Shown here piece after piece: positions 18,375 through 28,694 of a DNA stretch of 64,000 nucleotides. Made by a program: the position numbers and the translations under genes. This stretch comes from Candidatus Omnitrophota bacterium. GTDB lineage: Bacteria > Omnitrophota > Gorgyraeia > Gygaellales > Profunditerraquicolaceae. The notes under the pieces were generated by a model that saw nothing but the letters and a program-made list of their open reading frames with translations, ran no database searches and was not told the DNA's origin. Every line of letters starts with the position of its first letter. Within the stretch, counting starts at the first letter, position 1. The stretch spans positions 1,048,359 through 1,112,358 of the forward strand of contig CAWDSS010000010.1 of NCBI GenBank assembly GCA_963805065.1. The letters run 5' to 3'.

Positions 18375-19253
18375 ATGAAAACAGAAGTAAAAAAAGTTGA
18401 CAGCATAAAACGGGAAATCAGCGTTGAGGTAACCGGAGATGTTATAAAGAATAAATTCGAAGAGGTATTTAAAAAAATTACCAGCGAAGCAAAAGTGGCG
18501 GGATTCCGGCCGGGACATGCCCCACGCGATATAATCGAGAAACAATATTCTTCACATGTTCATGATCAGGTCTTAAGAGAATTAATCCCCGATCTATATA
18601 ATGAAGCCATCGGGAAAGAAAAGCTCGATGTGATAGAATTGCCCCAGATTTCAGACGTTAAACTCGATAGGAACAGCATTTCTTTCAAGGCAACCGTTGA
18701 GATAAACCCGGAGATTGCCCTAAAGAATTATAAAGGCATAAAAGTTGGTTATAAACAAATAGCTGTTAGCGCCGATGATATAAAAAGAAGCGTTGATTCT
18801 TTAAAAGAGGCAAGAAAAATTGATAAAGCAGACGATGCCTTTGCCAAGTCCATAGGTTATCCGAACCTGTCTGAATTAGAGAAGGCCATGGAAAGGCAGA
18901 TTTTTATCCAGAAAGAAAACCAGCAGCGCCAAAAAATCGAAGACCAGATAATCGAGACAGTGACTAAGGATTTGGATTTTAAACTACCGCAGTCTTTAGT
19001 TAACCGTCAGGTGCAGGAAATGTTGCGGCATGCTAAGGTGGATTTAGCAATGAAGGGTGTCCCGCGAGAGAAAATCGATGAACAAGAAAAAGAATTACTA
19101 AAGAATATTGAACCCGAGGCCTTAAGGCAGGTTAAAATTTATTTGGTCCTTGCAGAAATAGCCAAGAAGGAAAATATTCCCCTGGATGACCACATGCCTT
19201 CCAGGGTAATGGAATTTTTATTAAGAGAAGCTAATTGGCAGGAATCCAGTTAA
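18375..19253 (+). CDS. tig: Trigger factor lacking the FKBP-type PPIase domain
   Basis: Ribosome-binding N domain with GFRPGHAP. The sequence then passes directly into C-domain-like helices. Start set to ATG 18375, 8 nt after AGAGGA. Confidence 0.8.
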   Translation: MKTEVKKVDSIKREISVEVTGDVIKNKFEEVFKKITSEAKVAGFRPGHAPRDIIEKQYSSHVHDQVLRELIPDLYNEAIGKEKLDVIELPQISDVKLDRNSISFKATVEINPEIALKNYKGIKVGYKQIAVSADDIKRSVDSLKEARKIDKADDAFAKSIGYPNLSELEKAMERQIFIQKENQQRQKIEDQIIETVTKDLDFKLPQSLVNRQVQEMLRHAKVDLAMKGVPREKIDEQEKELLKNIEPEALRQVKIYLVLAEIAKKENIPLDDHMPSRVMEFLLREANWQESS

Positions 19254-19266
19254 TACGGAGGTGGAT

Positions 19267-19875
19267 ATGAATACTAAAGGACAGGTTTTAGTCCCCATGG
19301 TAATCGAGCAGACTGCGCGCGGTTACGAACGGGCGTATGATATTTACTCTCGCCTGTTAAAAGACCGCATAGTATTTATAGGTACGCCTATAGATGATTA
19401 TGTGGCAAACCTTGTCATCGCGCAGATGCTGTTTTTGCAGATGGAAGACGTCAATAAGGATATAAATGTTTACATCAATACCCCCGGCGGGTCGGTTACT
19501 GCAGGCCTTGCTATCTACGACACCATGCAATTTGTAAAATGCGATGTGGCTACTTACTGCGTGGGCCAGGCTTCAAGCATGGGTGCTCTTCTTCTATGCG
19601 CAGGCACCAAGGCCAAACGCCACGGTTTGCCCAATTCACGCATTATGATTCATCAGCCATGGGGAGGCATACAGGGTGCTGCAGAAGACATATCGCGCCA
19701 TGCCAAGGAAATCTTGATAATGCGCGACAGAATAAATGAAATATTATCCAACCACACAGGCCAGCCGATAGATAAAGTCCAGAAAGACACTGACAGGGAT
19801 TATTTTATGTCAGCACAAGAAGCTAAAGATTACGGGTTAATTGATGAGGTAATTGTACCGGCAAAGAAAAAATAA
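19267..19875 (+). CDS. clpP: ATP-dependent Clp protease proteolytic subunit
   Basis: [27 protein letters not shown] (catalytic Ser) and IMIHQP (His) motifs. Confidence 0.95.
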   Translation: MNTKGQVLVPMVIEQTARGYERAYDIYSRLLKDRIVFIGTPIDDYVANLVIAQMLFLQMEDVNKDINVYINTPGGSVTAGLAIYDTMQFVKCDVATYCVGQASSMGALLLCAGTKAKRHGLPNSRIMIHQPWGGIQGAAEDISRHAKEILIMRDRINEILSNHTGQPIDKVQKDTDRDYFMSAQEAKDYGLIDEVIVPAKKK

Positions 19876-19985
19876 TTAAACACAAGTTTACACCAATCCA
19901 TCCGCCCCAGAAGGGGCGCACTTGGCATTCCTTTATGCCAAGGCGCGATAGGATTGGGTGTAAACATTTATTAAACACAAGTTTA
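19875..19985 (+). mobile_element. MITE-like or structured element: 80-nt three-stem unit flanked by a perfect 16-nt direct repeat
   Basis: ATTAAACACAAGTTTA at 19875-19890 and again at 19970-19985. Outer stem 19886-19899/19951-19965. Inner hairpins CGCCCC-AGAA-GGGGCG and CTTGGCAT-TCCTTT-ATGCCAAG. Confidence 0.55.
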
Positions 19986-20009
19986 ACTTTTGTTTATGGA
20001 GGAAGGAAA

Positions 20010-21146
20010 ATGCGTAAAATTTATTTACTTACACCAGGGCCAACACCATTACCACCCAAGGTTTCTGAAGCGATGGCGAGGCCCATTATCCATCATAGGA
20101 CGCCACAGTTTCAGGCAATATTAAAAGAAGCTACAGAAGGGCTTAAGTATGTTTTTCAGACTAAAAACGATTGTTTTATACTTGCTTCTTCAGGTACAGG
20201 TGCAATGGAAGCAGCAGTAATAAATTTACTTTCTCCCGGTGATACAGCCTTAACTGTCCAAGGCGGAAAATTTGGAGAAAGGTGGACTGAAATTTGTAAG
20301 GCCTACAACATAAATACTGAAATTATAGATGTGGAGTGGGGAAAAGCAGTAGACCCATCAGAAATTCAAAAAAGATTAAAAACTAATCCTAAAATAAAAG
20401 CGGTATTCGTTACCTTGTGTGAAACTTCTACGGGCGTGGTTAATGATATTCAGGCCATAGGAAAAGTTATAAAGGATACGCCTGCGGTTTTGGTAGTAGA
20501 TGCCATAAGTGGATTAGGGGCAATTGACCTAAAAACAGATGACTGGTCTTGTGATGTTGTGGTTTCCGGATCGCAAAAAGGCCTGATGCTTCCTCCGGGA
20601 TTAGGTTTTATTTCAGTAAGCCCGAAGGCAATGAAGTTAGTCGAAGCTTCAAAATCCCCCGGCTATTATTTCGATTTAAAGAAGGCCAAGAAAGCCATTG
20701 ATAAAACCGATACGCCATTTACCCCGGCTATCACTTTGATTGTTGCGCTTTGTGAAGCGATAAATTTGATTAAAGAAGATGGATTAGAGAGCGTATTCTT
20801 GCGCCATGCGAAAATGGCTGACGCGACCAGACAAGCTATGAAGGCATTGGGTTTGGAATTATTCGCGCCCAGCGCTTCATCGGATGTGGTTACTGCTGTC
20901 AAACTGCCGCAAGGCCTGGACGGAGAAAAGCTGGTTAAGACCATGCGAGATACCTATAATATTACAATAGCCGGAGGCCAGGATGAATTAAAGGGCAAGG
21001 TGTTTCGAATCGCTCATATGGGCTATATCGAAGAATTTGATATTATAGTTGGTATATCCTGCCTGGAAAAAGTTCTGGCTCAAATGGGGTACAAATTTAC
21101 TTTAGGGGCCGGCATTAAAGCCGCCGAAGAAATATTCTTGAAATAA
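20010..21146 (+). CDS. Class V aminotransferase (serine-pyruvate / phosphoserine aminotransferase-like)
   Basis: LLTPGPTPLPPKV N-terminus and SGSQKGLMLPPGLG (PLP lysine). Start moved to ATG 20010 after GGAGG. Adjacent to serA. Confidence 0.8.
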   Translation: MRKIYLLTPGPTPLPPKVSEAMARPIIHHRTPQFQAILKEATEGLKYVFQTKNDCFILASSGTGAMEAAVINLLSPGDTALTVQGGKFGERWTEICKAYNINTEIIDVEWGKAVDPSEIQKRLKTNPKIKAVFVTLCETSTGVVNDIQAIGKVIKDTPAVLVVDAISGLGAIDLKTDDWSCDVVVSGSQKGLMLPPGLGFISVSPKAMKLVEASKSPGYYFDLKKAKKAIDKTDTPFTPAITLIVALCEAINLIKEDGLESVFLRHAKMADATRQAMKALGLELFAPSASSDVVTAVKLPQGLDGEKLVKTMRDTYNITIAGGQDELKGKVFRIAHMGYIEEFDIIVGISCLEKVLAQMGYKFTLGAGIKAAEEIFLK

Positions 21147-21157
21147 GCGAGGGAGAA

Positions 21158-22744
21158 ATGATTAAAATTTTAGTCAGTGATCAACTATCGGAAGAAGGGC
21201 TAAAGATATTGAAGGAAGTAAAAGAGTTTCAGGTGGACGTTTTGACGGAATTGAAACCCGAGGCATTAAAAGAAATAATTAAAGATTATGATGCGCTTCT
21301 TGTAAGGAGCGCCACCAAAGTAACCAAAGACATAATCAACGCCGCAGATAAATTAAAGGTCATTGGCCGCGCAGGCGTAGGTCTGGATAATGTTGACTTG
21401 GAGGCAGCTACGCAAAAAGGCATTATTGTAATGAATACTCCGGCGGGCAACACAATTTCTACCGCAGAGCATACCTTTAGCATGATTTTAGCGCTTTCCA
21501 GAAACATTGCCCAGGCTAATGCTTCCACGAAAAAAGGAGAATGGAAACGCTCAAAATTCATGGGAGTGGAGCTGTTTGAGAAGACGCTGGGGATTGTCGG
21601 ATTCGGAAGAATCGGCTCGGAAGTGGCAAAGCGCGCTAATTCATTCGGTATGAAGGTATTGGCGTTTGACCCCTTTTTGTCTAAAAAAATTGCTGAAGGT
21701 ATTGGTGTGGAAGTGGTGGAATTAAAAGATTTGCTCCAGCGCTCAGACTATATAACCGTGCATACGCCTCTTACAGAAGAAACAAAACACATGATATCAA
21801 CGAAAGAATTCGTATTAATGAAAAAAGGCGCCAGGATTATTAACTGTGCAAGAGGCGGCATAGTTGACGAAGCAGCCTTGGTGGAAGCTATCAAAGAAGG
21901 CAAAGTCGCAGGCGCTGCAATTGATGTCTTTGAAAAGGAGCCGGTAGATCCAAACAGTGAATTATTGAAATTGGAGAATGTGGTTACTACTCCGCACTTA
22001 GGGGCATCGACCGAAGAAGCGCAGGTAAATGTTGCGATTGAAGTGGCAGAGATTACCCGCGATGCGCTTTTGGGTAAAGGCATACGCAATGCTGCAAATT
22101 ATCCCTGCATAGAAGCAGAGGCCTGTAAATTCCTAGATCCCTACATTAACTTGGCGCAAAATTTAGGCTCATTTTCCAGCCAGTTGGTAGAGGGTCGATT
22201 CCAGGAATTAAATATAAGTTATAGCGGAGATATCGTGAAATACGATTTAGGTCCGCTCACTATGTCATTGGTTAAGGGAGTGCTTTCACCAATCTTAAAA
22301 GAAACGGTGAATTTCGTTAATGCAATTTCTTTAGCCCGCGAAAGAGGCATAAAGATAAGCGAAGCAAAATCAACCAACGAAGAGGAATTCGTAAATCTTA
22401 TCCAATTACAAATAAAAACCGACCAGGAAACCAGGGTAATTTCAGGCACGCTTTCTTCCAACAAGCAGCCGCGTATAGTAAAAATAGACAATTATTATGT
22501 TGAGCTTTCTCCCGTAGGAGAAATGATTTTTATACAGAATTGGGATAAGCCGGGTATTATCGGTGCTTTGGGTACACTTTTAGGCAAGCACGATATCAAT
22601 ATTGCTGCTATGACCTTTGGCCGCGATAAGCCGGGCGGAAGGGCTATAAGCGTATTAAACGTGGATAGTGTTATTTCAGCGGATATTTTGGATAAAATAA
22701 GAAAAACAGAGAATGTATTAGGAGCTAAGGTGGTAAAACTATGA
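21158..22744 (+). CDS. serA: D-3-phosphoglycerate dehydrogenase (with C-terminal ACT domain)
   Basis: GIVGFGRIGSEVA NAD motif and the ARGGIVDE/TPHLGAST catalytic region. About 528 aa, long form. Confidence 0.9.
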   Translation: MIKILVSDQLSEEGLKILKEVKEFQVDVLTELKPEALKEIIKDYDALLVRSATKVTKDIINAADKLKVIGRAGVGLDNVDLEAATQKGIIVMNTPAGNTISTAEHTFSMILALSRNIAQANASTKKGEWKRSKFMGVELFEKTLGIVGFGRIGSEVAKRANSFGMKVLAFDPFLSKKIAEGIGVEVVELKDLLQRSDYITVHTPLTEETKHMISTKEFVLMKKGARIINCARGGIVDEAALVEAIKEGKVAGAAIDVFEKEPVDPNSELLKLENVVTTPHLGASTEEAQVNVAIEVAEITRDALLGKGIRNAANYPCIEAEACKFLDPYINLAQNLGSFSSQLVEGRFQELNISYSGDIVKYDLGPLTMSLVKGVLSPILKETVNFVNAISLARERGIKISEAKSTNEEEFVNLIQLQIKTDQETRVISGTLSSNKQPRIVKIDNYYVELSPVGEMIFIQNWDKPGIIGALGTLLGKHDINIAAMTFGRDKPGGRAISVLNVDSVISADILDKIRKTENVLGAKVVKL

Positions 22745-24510
22745 ATAGAAAAGTAAAAAGTAAAAAGCCAAAAGTAAAAAGTTTTGTTATTTTGATTTCA
22801 TTTGTCATTTGTACTTTGTGTTTTGTCATTGGCGTAGCAAATGCTAAGGAAATAGCAATCATCTACTCCGGACAGACCCACGCCATGATTTATCCCTGCA
22901 GTTGTCCTTTTGACCCCGAAGGCGGAGTTGCACGCAGGGCAACCGTGGTTAAACAGATACGAAAAGAATATCCCGATAACCTGCTTTTAGATTCCGGAGA
23001 TTTCTTTGCTGGAGGACTGATGGATGAATACACGCAAAATACCCAGCTTGACATCCAGCGTTCACTGGTAAATCTTAGGGCAATGGAGTTGATGAAATAT
23101 GACGCCGCAGCAATAGGTGACGACGAATTTAATTTCGGCAGCAAAATTTTGCGGGAGAATATTGCCAAGACGAAATTAACCTTTTTATCCTGCAATTTAA
23201 AATCCGACAAAGTATCTTCCTCTATGATTAAAGAAGTCTCTGGGGTAAAAATCGGCATTATCGCAGTAACTACGGTTTTGGCAAAACAAAAATCCGACGA
23301 CCTCGAATTTAATGATCCTAAAAGTGCAGTTTACACGGCAGTAGAAAATCTGCATAAGCAAAATGTAAATATTATTATAGTCTTAAGCCATTTGGCAGAA
23401 AACGAAAGCCTGAATTTGATTAATGATGTAGGGGGAATAGATATTTTAATCGAAGGCCATAGCGCGGCAAATAATAAGGAACCATCTACTAAGATAGGCA
23501 ATACCTTAGTGTTAAGGCCCTCTTGGGAGGGTAAGAGCCTGCAGGCCTTAATTCTTTCGGTTGAAGGCGATAAAATAAAGACATACAAACTTAGAGAGAG
23601 TAAATTATCGAATGCGGTTGCCGATGACCCGCAAATTATTTCTATATTACCCAAATGTTTTTCTGACAATAATTGTAAAAAAGAAGGGTTTGTGGGTTTA
23701 TGTAAAGACCCCGGAGATTTAAAATCCCGGTGTATTTTTAACAAAGCCAATCAGGTGAAGTTATTAATTGTTACGCCTAAAGATTGCCTTGTTTGCGAGA
23801 CAGCACCTATCTCGGATTTCTTAAAGAGGCAATTTCCCGGCTTAAGCATTTCTTACATGTATTATCCTGATAAACGCGTAAACTCACTTATAAAGGATTT
23901 TAACGTCACGGGACTACCGGCTTATTTTCTGGGAAAAGAAGTAGAAATGGAAGGAAATTTTAATGCCCTGAAAGGAAACTTAACGCTAAAAGGGCAATAT
24001 TATATGGTTGCGCCTTATTTTAGCGGGTTCTCTTATTTTTTAAACAGGCAGAAACAAAAAGGAAAATTGGACTTATTTTTAAGCTTGTTTGATAAAGCTA
24101 CGCCACAGCTTTTGACAGTTATAAAGGAATTCAATCCTCAAATACATTTTCTGGCAATTGAGGAATCAGGTAAGTTCGATGCAGCTTCGGGTAGAAGAGA
24201 AGTTGAGGAAGATATGCGTGCAGTATGTGTGCAACAATACTACCCAAAGCATTTCTGGGATTATATCAGCTGCAGGTCAAACAATATCGATAGTTCATGG
24301 TGGGAGGATTGCGCGCAAGGCATTGATTTAAGTAAAATTTTTACATGCGCCAGGGGAAACGAAGGATATTCTTTGTTGAAGGCAAATACCGCAATCACCA
24401 AAGAAGCCCACATCATGATGGGTCCGGCTTATTTACTGGATAACCTTGAAATATTCAGCTCTAGGGGTGCTCCTTCTAAGGATGAACTTAAGAAAATAAT
24501 AAAGAGGTAA
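22741..24510 (+). CDS. Exported 5'-nucleotidase/metallophosphoesterase-like protein with degenerate metal motifs; Cys-rich C-terminal half
   Basis: DSGDFFAG, IGDDEFNFG (in place of GNHEFD), VLSHLA and ILIEGHS align to calcineurin-like phosphoesterase motifs. The signal peptide is encoded by heptamer repeats. Confidence 0.45.
   Translation: MNRKVKSKKPKVKSFVILISFVICTLCFVIGVANAKEIAIIYSGQTHAMIYPCSCPFDPEGGVARRATVVKQIRKEYPDNLLLDSGDFFAGGLMDEYTQNTQLDIQRSLVNLRAMELMKYDAAAIGDDEFNFGSKILRENIAKTKLTFLSCNLKSDKVSSSMIKEVSGVKIGIIAVTTVLAKQKSDDLEFNDPKSAVYTAVENLHKQNVNIIIVLSHLAENESLNLINDVGGIDILIEGHSAANNKEPSTKIGNTLVLRPSWEGKSLQALILSVEGDKIKTYKLRESKLSNAVADDPQIISILPKCFSDNNCKKEGFVGLCKDPGDLKSRCIFNKANQVKLLIVTPKDCLVCETAPISDFLKRQFPGLSISYMYYPDKRVNSLIKDFNVTGLPAYFLGKEVEMEGNFNALKGNLTLKGQYYMVAPYFSGFSYFLNRQKQKGKLDLFLSLFDKATPQLLTVIKEFNPQIHFLAIEESGKFDAASGRREVEEDMRAVCVQQYYPKHFWDYISCRSNNIDSSWWEDCAQGIDLSKIFTCARGNEGYSLLKANTAITKEAHIMMGPAYLLDNLEIFSSRGAPSKDELKKIIKR
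22747..22830 (+). repeat. 12-heptamer block (5 A-rich xAAAAAG-type, then 7 T-rich TTTGNNN-type) encoding the signal peptide
   Basis: AGAAAAG TAAAAAG TAAAAAG CCAAAAG TAAAAAG | TTTTGTT ATTTTGA TTTCATT TGTCATT TGTACTT TGTGTTT TGTCATT. 84 nt = 28 codons (RKVKSKKPKVKSFVILISFVICTLCFVI). Confidence 0.85.
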
Positions 24511-24726
24511 GTGAGGACATAATTTATGGAGCGAACACCCGGCTTTATCGGAACAGCCGGTGTGCCGCTTGTGCGGCAAGCGAACATAAATTATTCGTCC
24601 GAACTTACCCAGCACTAATTTTGATAACAATAGACTAAAAGAAAATTAGTGCTGGGTTAAATTCGCACAATAACTTATGTCGGAGAATAGAAATTAATGC
24701 TCCATAAGTTATGTGCTCATTTAAGA
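24511..24726 (+). repeat. Modular nested-palindrome repeat, expanded copy (M1 with extra inner hairpins, M2, M3)
   Basis: GAGGACATAATTTATGG...ATAAATTATTCGTCC. M2 stem identical to copy A (24607-24622/24642-24657). M3 GCACAATAACTTATG...CATAAGTTATGTGC. Ends TTAAGA before the RBS and ATG 24736. Confidence 0.85.
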
Positions 24727-24735
24727 GGTGATTAT

Positions 24736-25974
24736 ATGGCTGACAAACCAAAGATTTATCTTATCGACGTAACTAACCGCGACGGAGTGCAGACTTCGCG
24801 CATATGCCTGTCTAAATTACAGAAGACCATGATTAATATTTACCTGAATGAAATGGGCGTATTTCAGTCGGAGTTTGGATTTCCCGTAACCCGCCACGAA
24901 ACAAATTACCTGAACGCAAACCTTGAATTAGTCAAAATGGGCGCACTTTCTCCCATCAGGTTAAGCGGCTGGATCAGGGCAACCAAGGAGGATGTATTAA
25001 CAGCATTCCATTTGGTTGCGCAAATCAAGCACCTAAACCTTTCCATTTCTACATCAGACCAGATGATTATGCATAAATTTAAGGGGAAGCTTGACCATGG
25101 GTCTGTAATACAGGAAATGACAGAAGCTGTTAAAGAGGCGCGTAAATTGAAAGCTGATTGCATTGGCGTAAACGCAGAAGATGCATCCCGCACCAGAATG
25201 GATTATTTAATTGAATTCGCCTTGGCAGCTAAAGAAGCGGGCGCCGACCGGATCCGTTATTGCGATACATTAGGATGCGATACGCCCTTTTCGATTTACG
25301 AAAGGATAAAACTTTTGGCGCAAGCCGTGAAAATGCCTATTGAAATTCATTGCCACAATGATTTGGGATTGGTAGTGGCTAATTCGATTGCCGGAGCAAA
25401 AGCAGCAATTGATGTCGGGTGCGATACCTATATAAATACCTGTGTAAACGGAATGGGTGAGCGCGCAGGAAACGCAGATTTAGTTTCAGTGATGCTGGCG
25501 CTAAAATACGGCAGCGGCATGCAGGATTATCGTTTAGATGAAAGGGTAAACTTCAAAATGGCCTGGAAGATATGTAAATATGCTTCTTATGCTTTCGGAG
25601 TGCCCATACCTATAAACCAGCCAGGCGTGGGGGCAAACGCATTTGCCCACGAATCGGGAATCCACGCAGACGGGGCATTAAAAGACAGGCGAAATTATGA
25701 GCTTTATGATTTTGAGGAACTGGGCAGGGGTGAGCCTGAAATAATTGAAACCGGCCGAAAGATCACCGCCGGAGAATACTCCGGAATAAAGGGTTTTCGA
25801 AATGTTTATGAAAAGCTGGAAGTGGTTTTTCGCGACGATGAAGAAGCCACAAAGGTGCTGGAATTAGTCAGGTATGCCAATGTCCATAATCAAAAGCCCC
25901 TGGTTGATGAGGAACTAAAGTTTATCGCTACGTATCCTGATATAGCGCGTAAAATATTCACCATGATACCGTAA
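24736..25974 (+). CDS. HMGL-like aldolase family enzyme (homocitrate / 2-isopropylmalate / citramalate synthase-like)
   Basis: IDVTNRDGVQT, HCHNDLGLVVANS and AHESGIH motifs. Start moved to ATG 24736 (AGAGG RBS). No LeuA dimerisation domain evident. Confidence 0.7.
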   Translation: MADKPKIYLIDVTNRDGVQTSRICLSKLQKTMINIYLNEMGVFQSEFGFPVTRHETNYLNANLELVKMGALSPIRLSGWIRATKEDVLTAFHLVAQIKHLNLSISTSDQMIMHKFKGKLDHGSVIQEMTEAVKEARKLKADCIGVNAEDASRTRMDYLIEFALAAKEAGADRIRYCDTLGCDTPFSIYERIKLLAQAVKMPIEIHCHNDLGLVVANSIAGAKAAIDVGCDTYINTCVNGMGERAGNADLVSVMLALKYGSGMQDYRLDERVNFKMAWKICKYASYAFGVPIPINQPGVGANAFAHESGIHADGALKDRRNYELYDFEELGRGEPEIIETGRKITAGEYSGIKGFRNVYEKLEVVFRDDEEATKVLELVRYANVHNQKPLVDEELKFIATYPDIARKIFTMIP

Positions 25975-25976
25975 TT

Positions 25977-27387
<1,411 letters not shown>

Positions 27388-27403
27388 GTAGGACATAAAC
27401 TAC

Positions 27404-27432
27404 TTGACTAAATTTATTGGTTGTGTTATAGT
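27404..27432 (+). promoter_or_regulatory. Candidate sigma70-type promoter TTGACT-17 nt-TATAGT
   Basis: TTGACT at 27404-27409, 17-nt spacer, TATAGT at 27427-27432. About 47 nt upstream of an AGGAGG-led ATG at 27480. Confidence 0.5.
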
Positions 27433-27479
27433 TAAACTCCACTCTAAAATATCAAAAATATAGACAGGAGGCAATTACC

Positions 27480-28133
27480 ATGAAAGCAAAATTTTTTACA
27501 ATCGGTTTAATAGTATTATTAACGGTTTCATTTTCCGGATGCACTTTTATTTTTCAAAAGGGACGGCGTTCTGACGTAGAAAAAATCGAAGAGTTGACAG
27601 ACCAGCTTAATGAGTTAAACAGGACAAAGAATCTGCTTGAAGACAGGCTTAGCCAGGAAATCAAAGATAAGCAGGTAAAATTGCAAATGATGGAAAAAGG
27701 CCTGGTTATTAATGTCGTGGGAGACCTTTTATTTGATTCCGGTAAAGCCAAGATCAGGCATGAGGCGTATCCTTTATTGGATAAAGTAGCAAGGGTATTA
27801 GAAGAAAATGTCCCGCAGAATAATGTGGGTATTGAGGGCTACACCGACAACCAGCCGATTAAATATTCGGGATGGAAATCAAATTGGGAATTGTCCTCTG
27901 CGCGTGCTTTAAGCGTGCTGCATTACATGGTGAATGAAAAAGGCATTTCTCCTGACCGTTTATCCGCAGCTGGTTACGGCGAATTTCAGCCGGTTGCCTC
28001 CAATGATACAAGGGAAGGCCGCCAATTAAACCGCCGGGTGGAAATAGTTATCTTACCTCAGCTTACAAAAGTAGGTAAGAATGAGGCCGCAAAGAAGCAG
28101 GATTTAGAAGAGACCGAGCAGAACCTTAAATAA
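27480..28133 (+). CDS. OmpA/MotB-family peptidoglycan-binding lipoprotein with coiled-coil linker
   Basis: Lipobox-like VSFSGC. OmpA_C motifs IEGYTDNQP, NWELSSARA and NRRVEIV. Confidence 0.8.
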   Translation: MKAKFFTIGLIVLLTVSFSGCTFIFQKGRRSDVEKIEELTDQLNELNRTKNLLEDRLSQEIKDKQVKLQMMEKGLVINVVGDLLFDSGKAKIRHEAYPLLDKVARVLEENVPQNNVGIEGYTDNQPIKYSGWKSNWELSSARALSVLHYMVNEKGISPDRLSAAGYGEFQPVASNDTREGRQLNRRVEIVILPQLTKVGKNEAAKKQDLEETEQNLK

Positions 28134-28158
28134 TTAAATTACATAATAAGAGGTAAAC

Positions 28159-28551
28159 ATGGAAGAAGCCATAAAGAATAGAATTATTTTGATCCTCTCC
28201 ATATTAAGCGCGATACTTTTTATTTCTACCATAGGTTCCTGTAGCAACGCATACAGGCAAAAAGCTGCCCGAGATAAGGAAATGGTTACCAGGCTTGACC
28301 TGGAAGAAAAGTCGGCTAAATCTTCTCAACAGATTGCTGCCTTGTCTGAAAAGTCAAAAGCACTCCAGAAGGACTTAGAGGAAGAGAAAACCGCTTGTGA
28401 AGCAACCAAGAAGGCGCTGACGCAGGAACAGTTGGTTAATAAAAGCATTAAAGAAGAGTTGGAAAAGGTAACCAAACTTAAGGAAAAACTCGAAGAAGAC
28501 CTTAAGGAAGCGCTGGTTGCCAGTAAGTCATTAAGAACTAAAATGAGATAA
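28159..28551 (+). CDS. Small coiled-coil (lipo)protein, hypothetical
   Basis: Signal/lipobox-like ISTIGSC followed by a K/E/L-rich coiled coil. Confidence 0.45.
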   Translation: MEEAIKNRIILILSILSAILFISTIGSCSNAYRQKAARDKEMVTRLDLEEKSAKSSQQIAALSEKSKALQKDLEEEKTACEATKKALTQEQLVNKSIKEELEKVTKLKEKLEEDLKEALVASKSLRTKMR

Positions 28552-28584
28552 AAGGGAGGAAAAGAACAAAGTTCAAGTTCTTTG

Positions 28585-28609
28585 AAAAGGGGATAAAATC
28601 CCCTTTTTT
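28585..28609 (+). terminator. Rho-independent terminator
   Basis: AAAAGGGGA-TAAAA-TCCCCTTTT stem-loop (9 bp) running into a T tract. Confidence 0.65.
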
Positions 28610-28625
28610 ATTGAGGCCACAACTT

Positions 28626-28671
28626 TAAGATTGAAAAATAAATGTCATCGATTCGTGCAAGGATCCAATTC
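28626..28671 (+). repeat. Partial copy of the variant M2 module (loop and right arm only)
   Basis: TAAGATTGAAAAATAAATGTCATCGATTCGTGCAAGGATCCAATTC closely matches 32931-32978. The left stem arm is absent. Confidence 0.7.
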
Positions 28672-28694
28672 ACGCTCAATAAAGGAGGTGTACT

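Noticed and set aside
19539-19739. 66-aa plus-strand ORF inside clpP, and a similar internal ORF at 35808-36011 in ispG
   Set aside because: These are alternative-frame ORFs nested in strongly supported genes, with R/G/C-rich translations and no independent signals.
19886-19965. Possible tRNA or tRNA-like gene (80 nt with an acceptor-like outer stem)
   Set aside because: It has only two internal hairpins, no T-loop (GTTCRANYC) or D-loop signatures, and no 7-nt anticodon loop in the right place.
19935-20009. 5' extensions of track ORFs running through repeat elements (19935, 24697, 26068, 45576, 46403, 49462, 56935, 59325, 6600)
   Set aside because: The extensions translate repeat DNA. Internal ATGs preceded by GGAGG-like sites coincide with the conserved N-termini of the respective families, so the starts were moved downstream.
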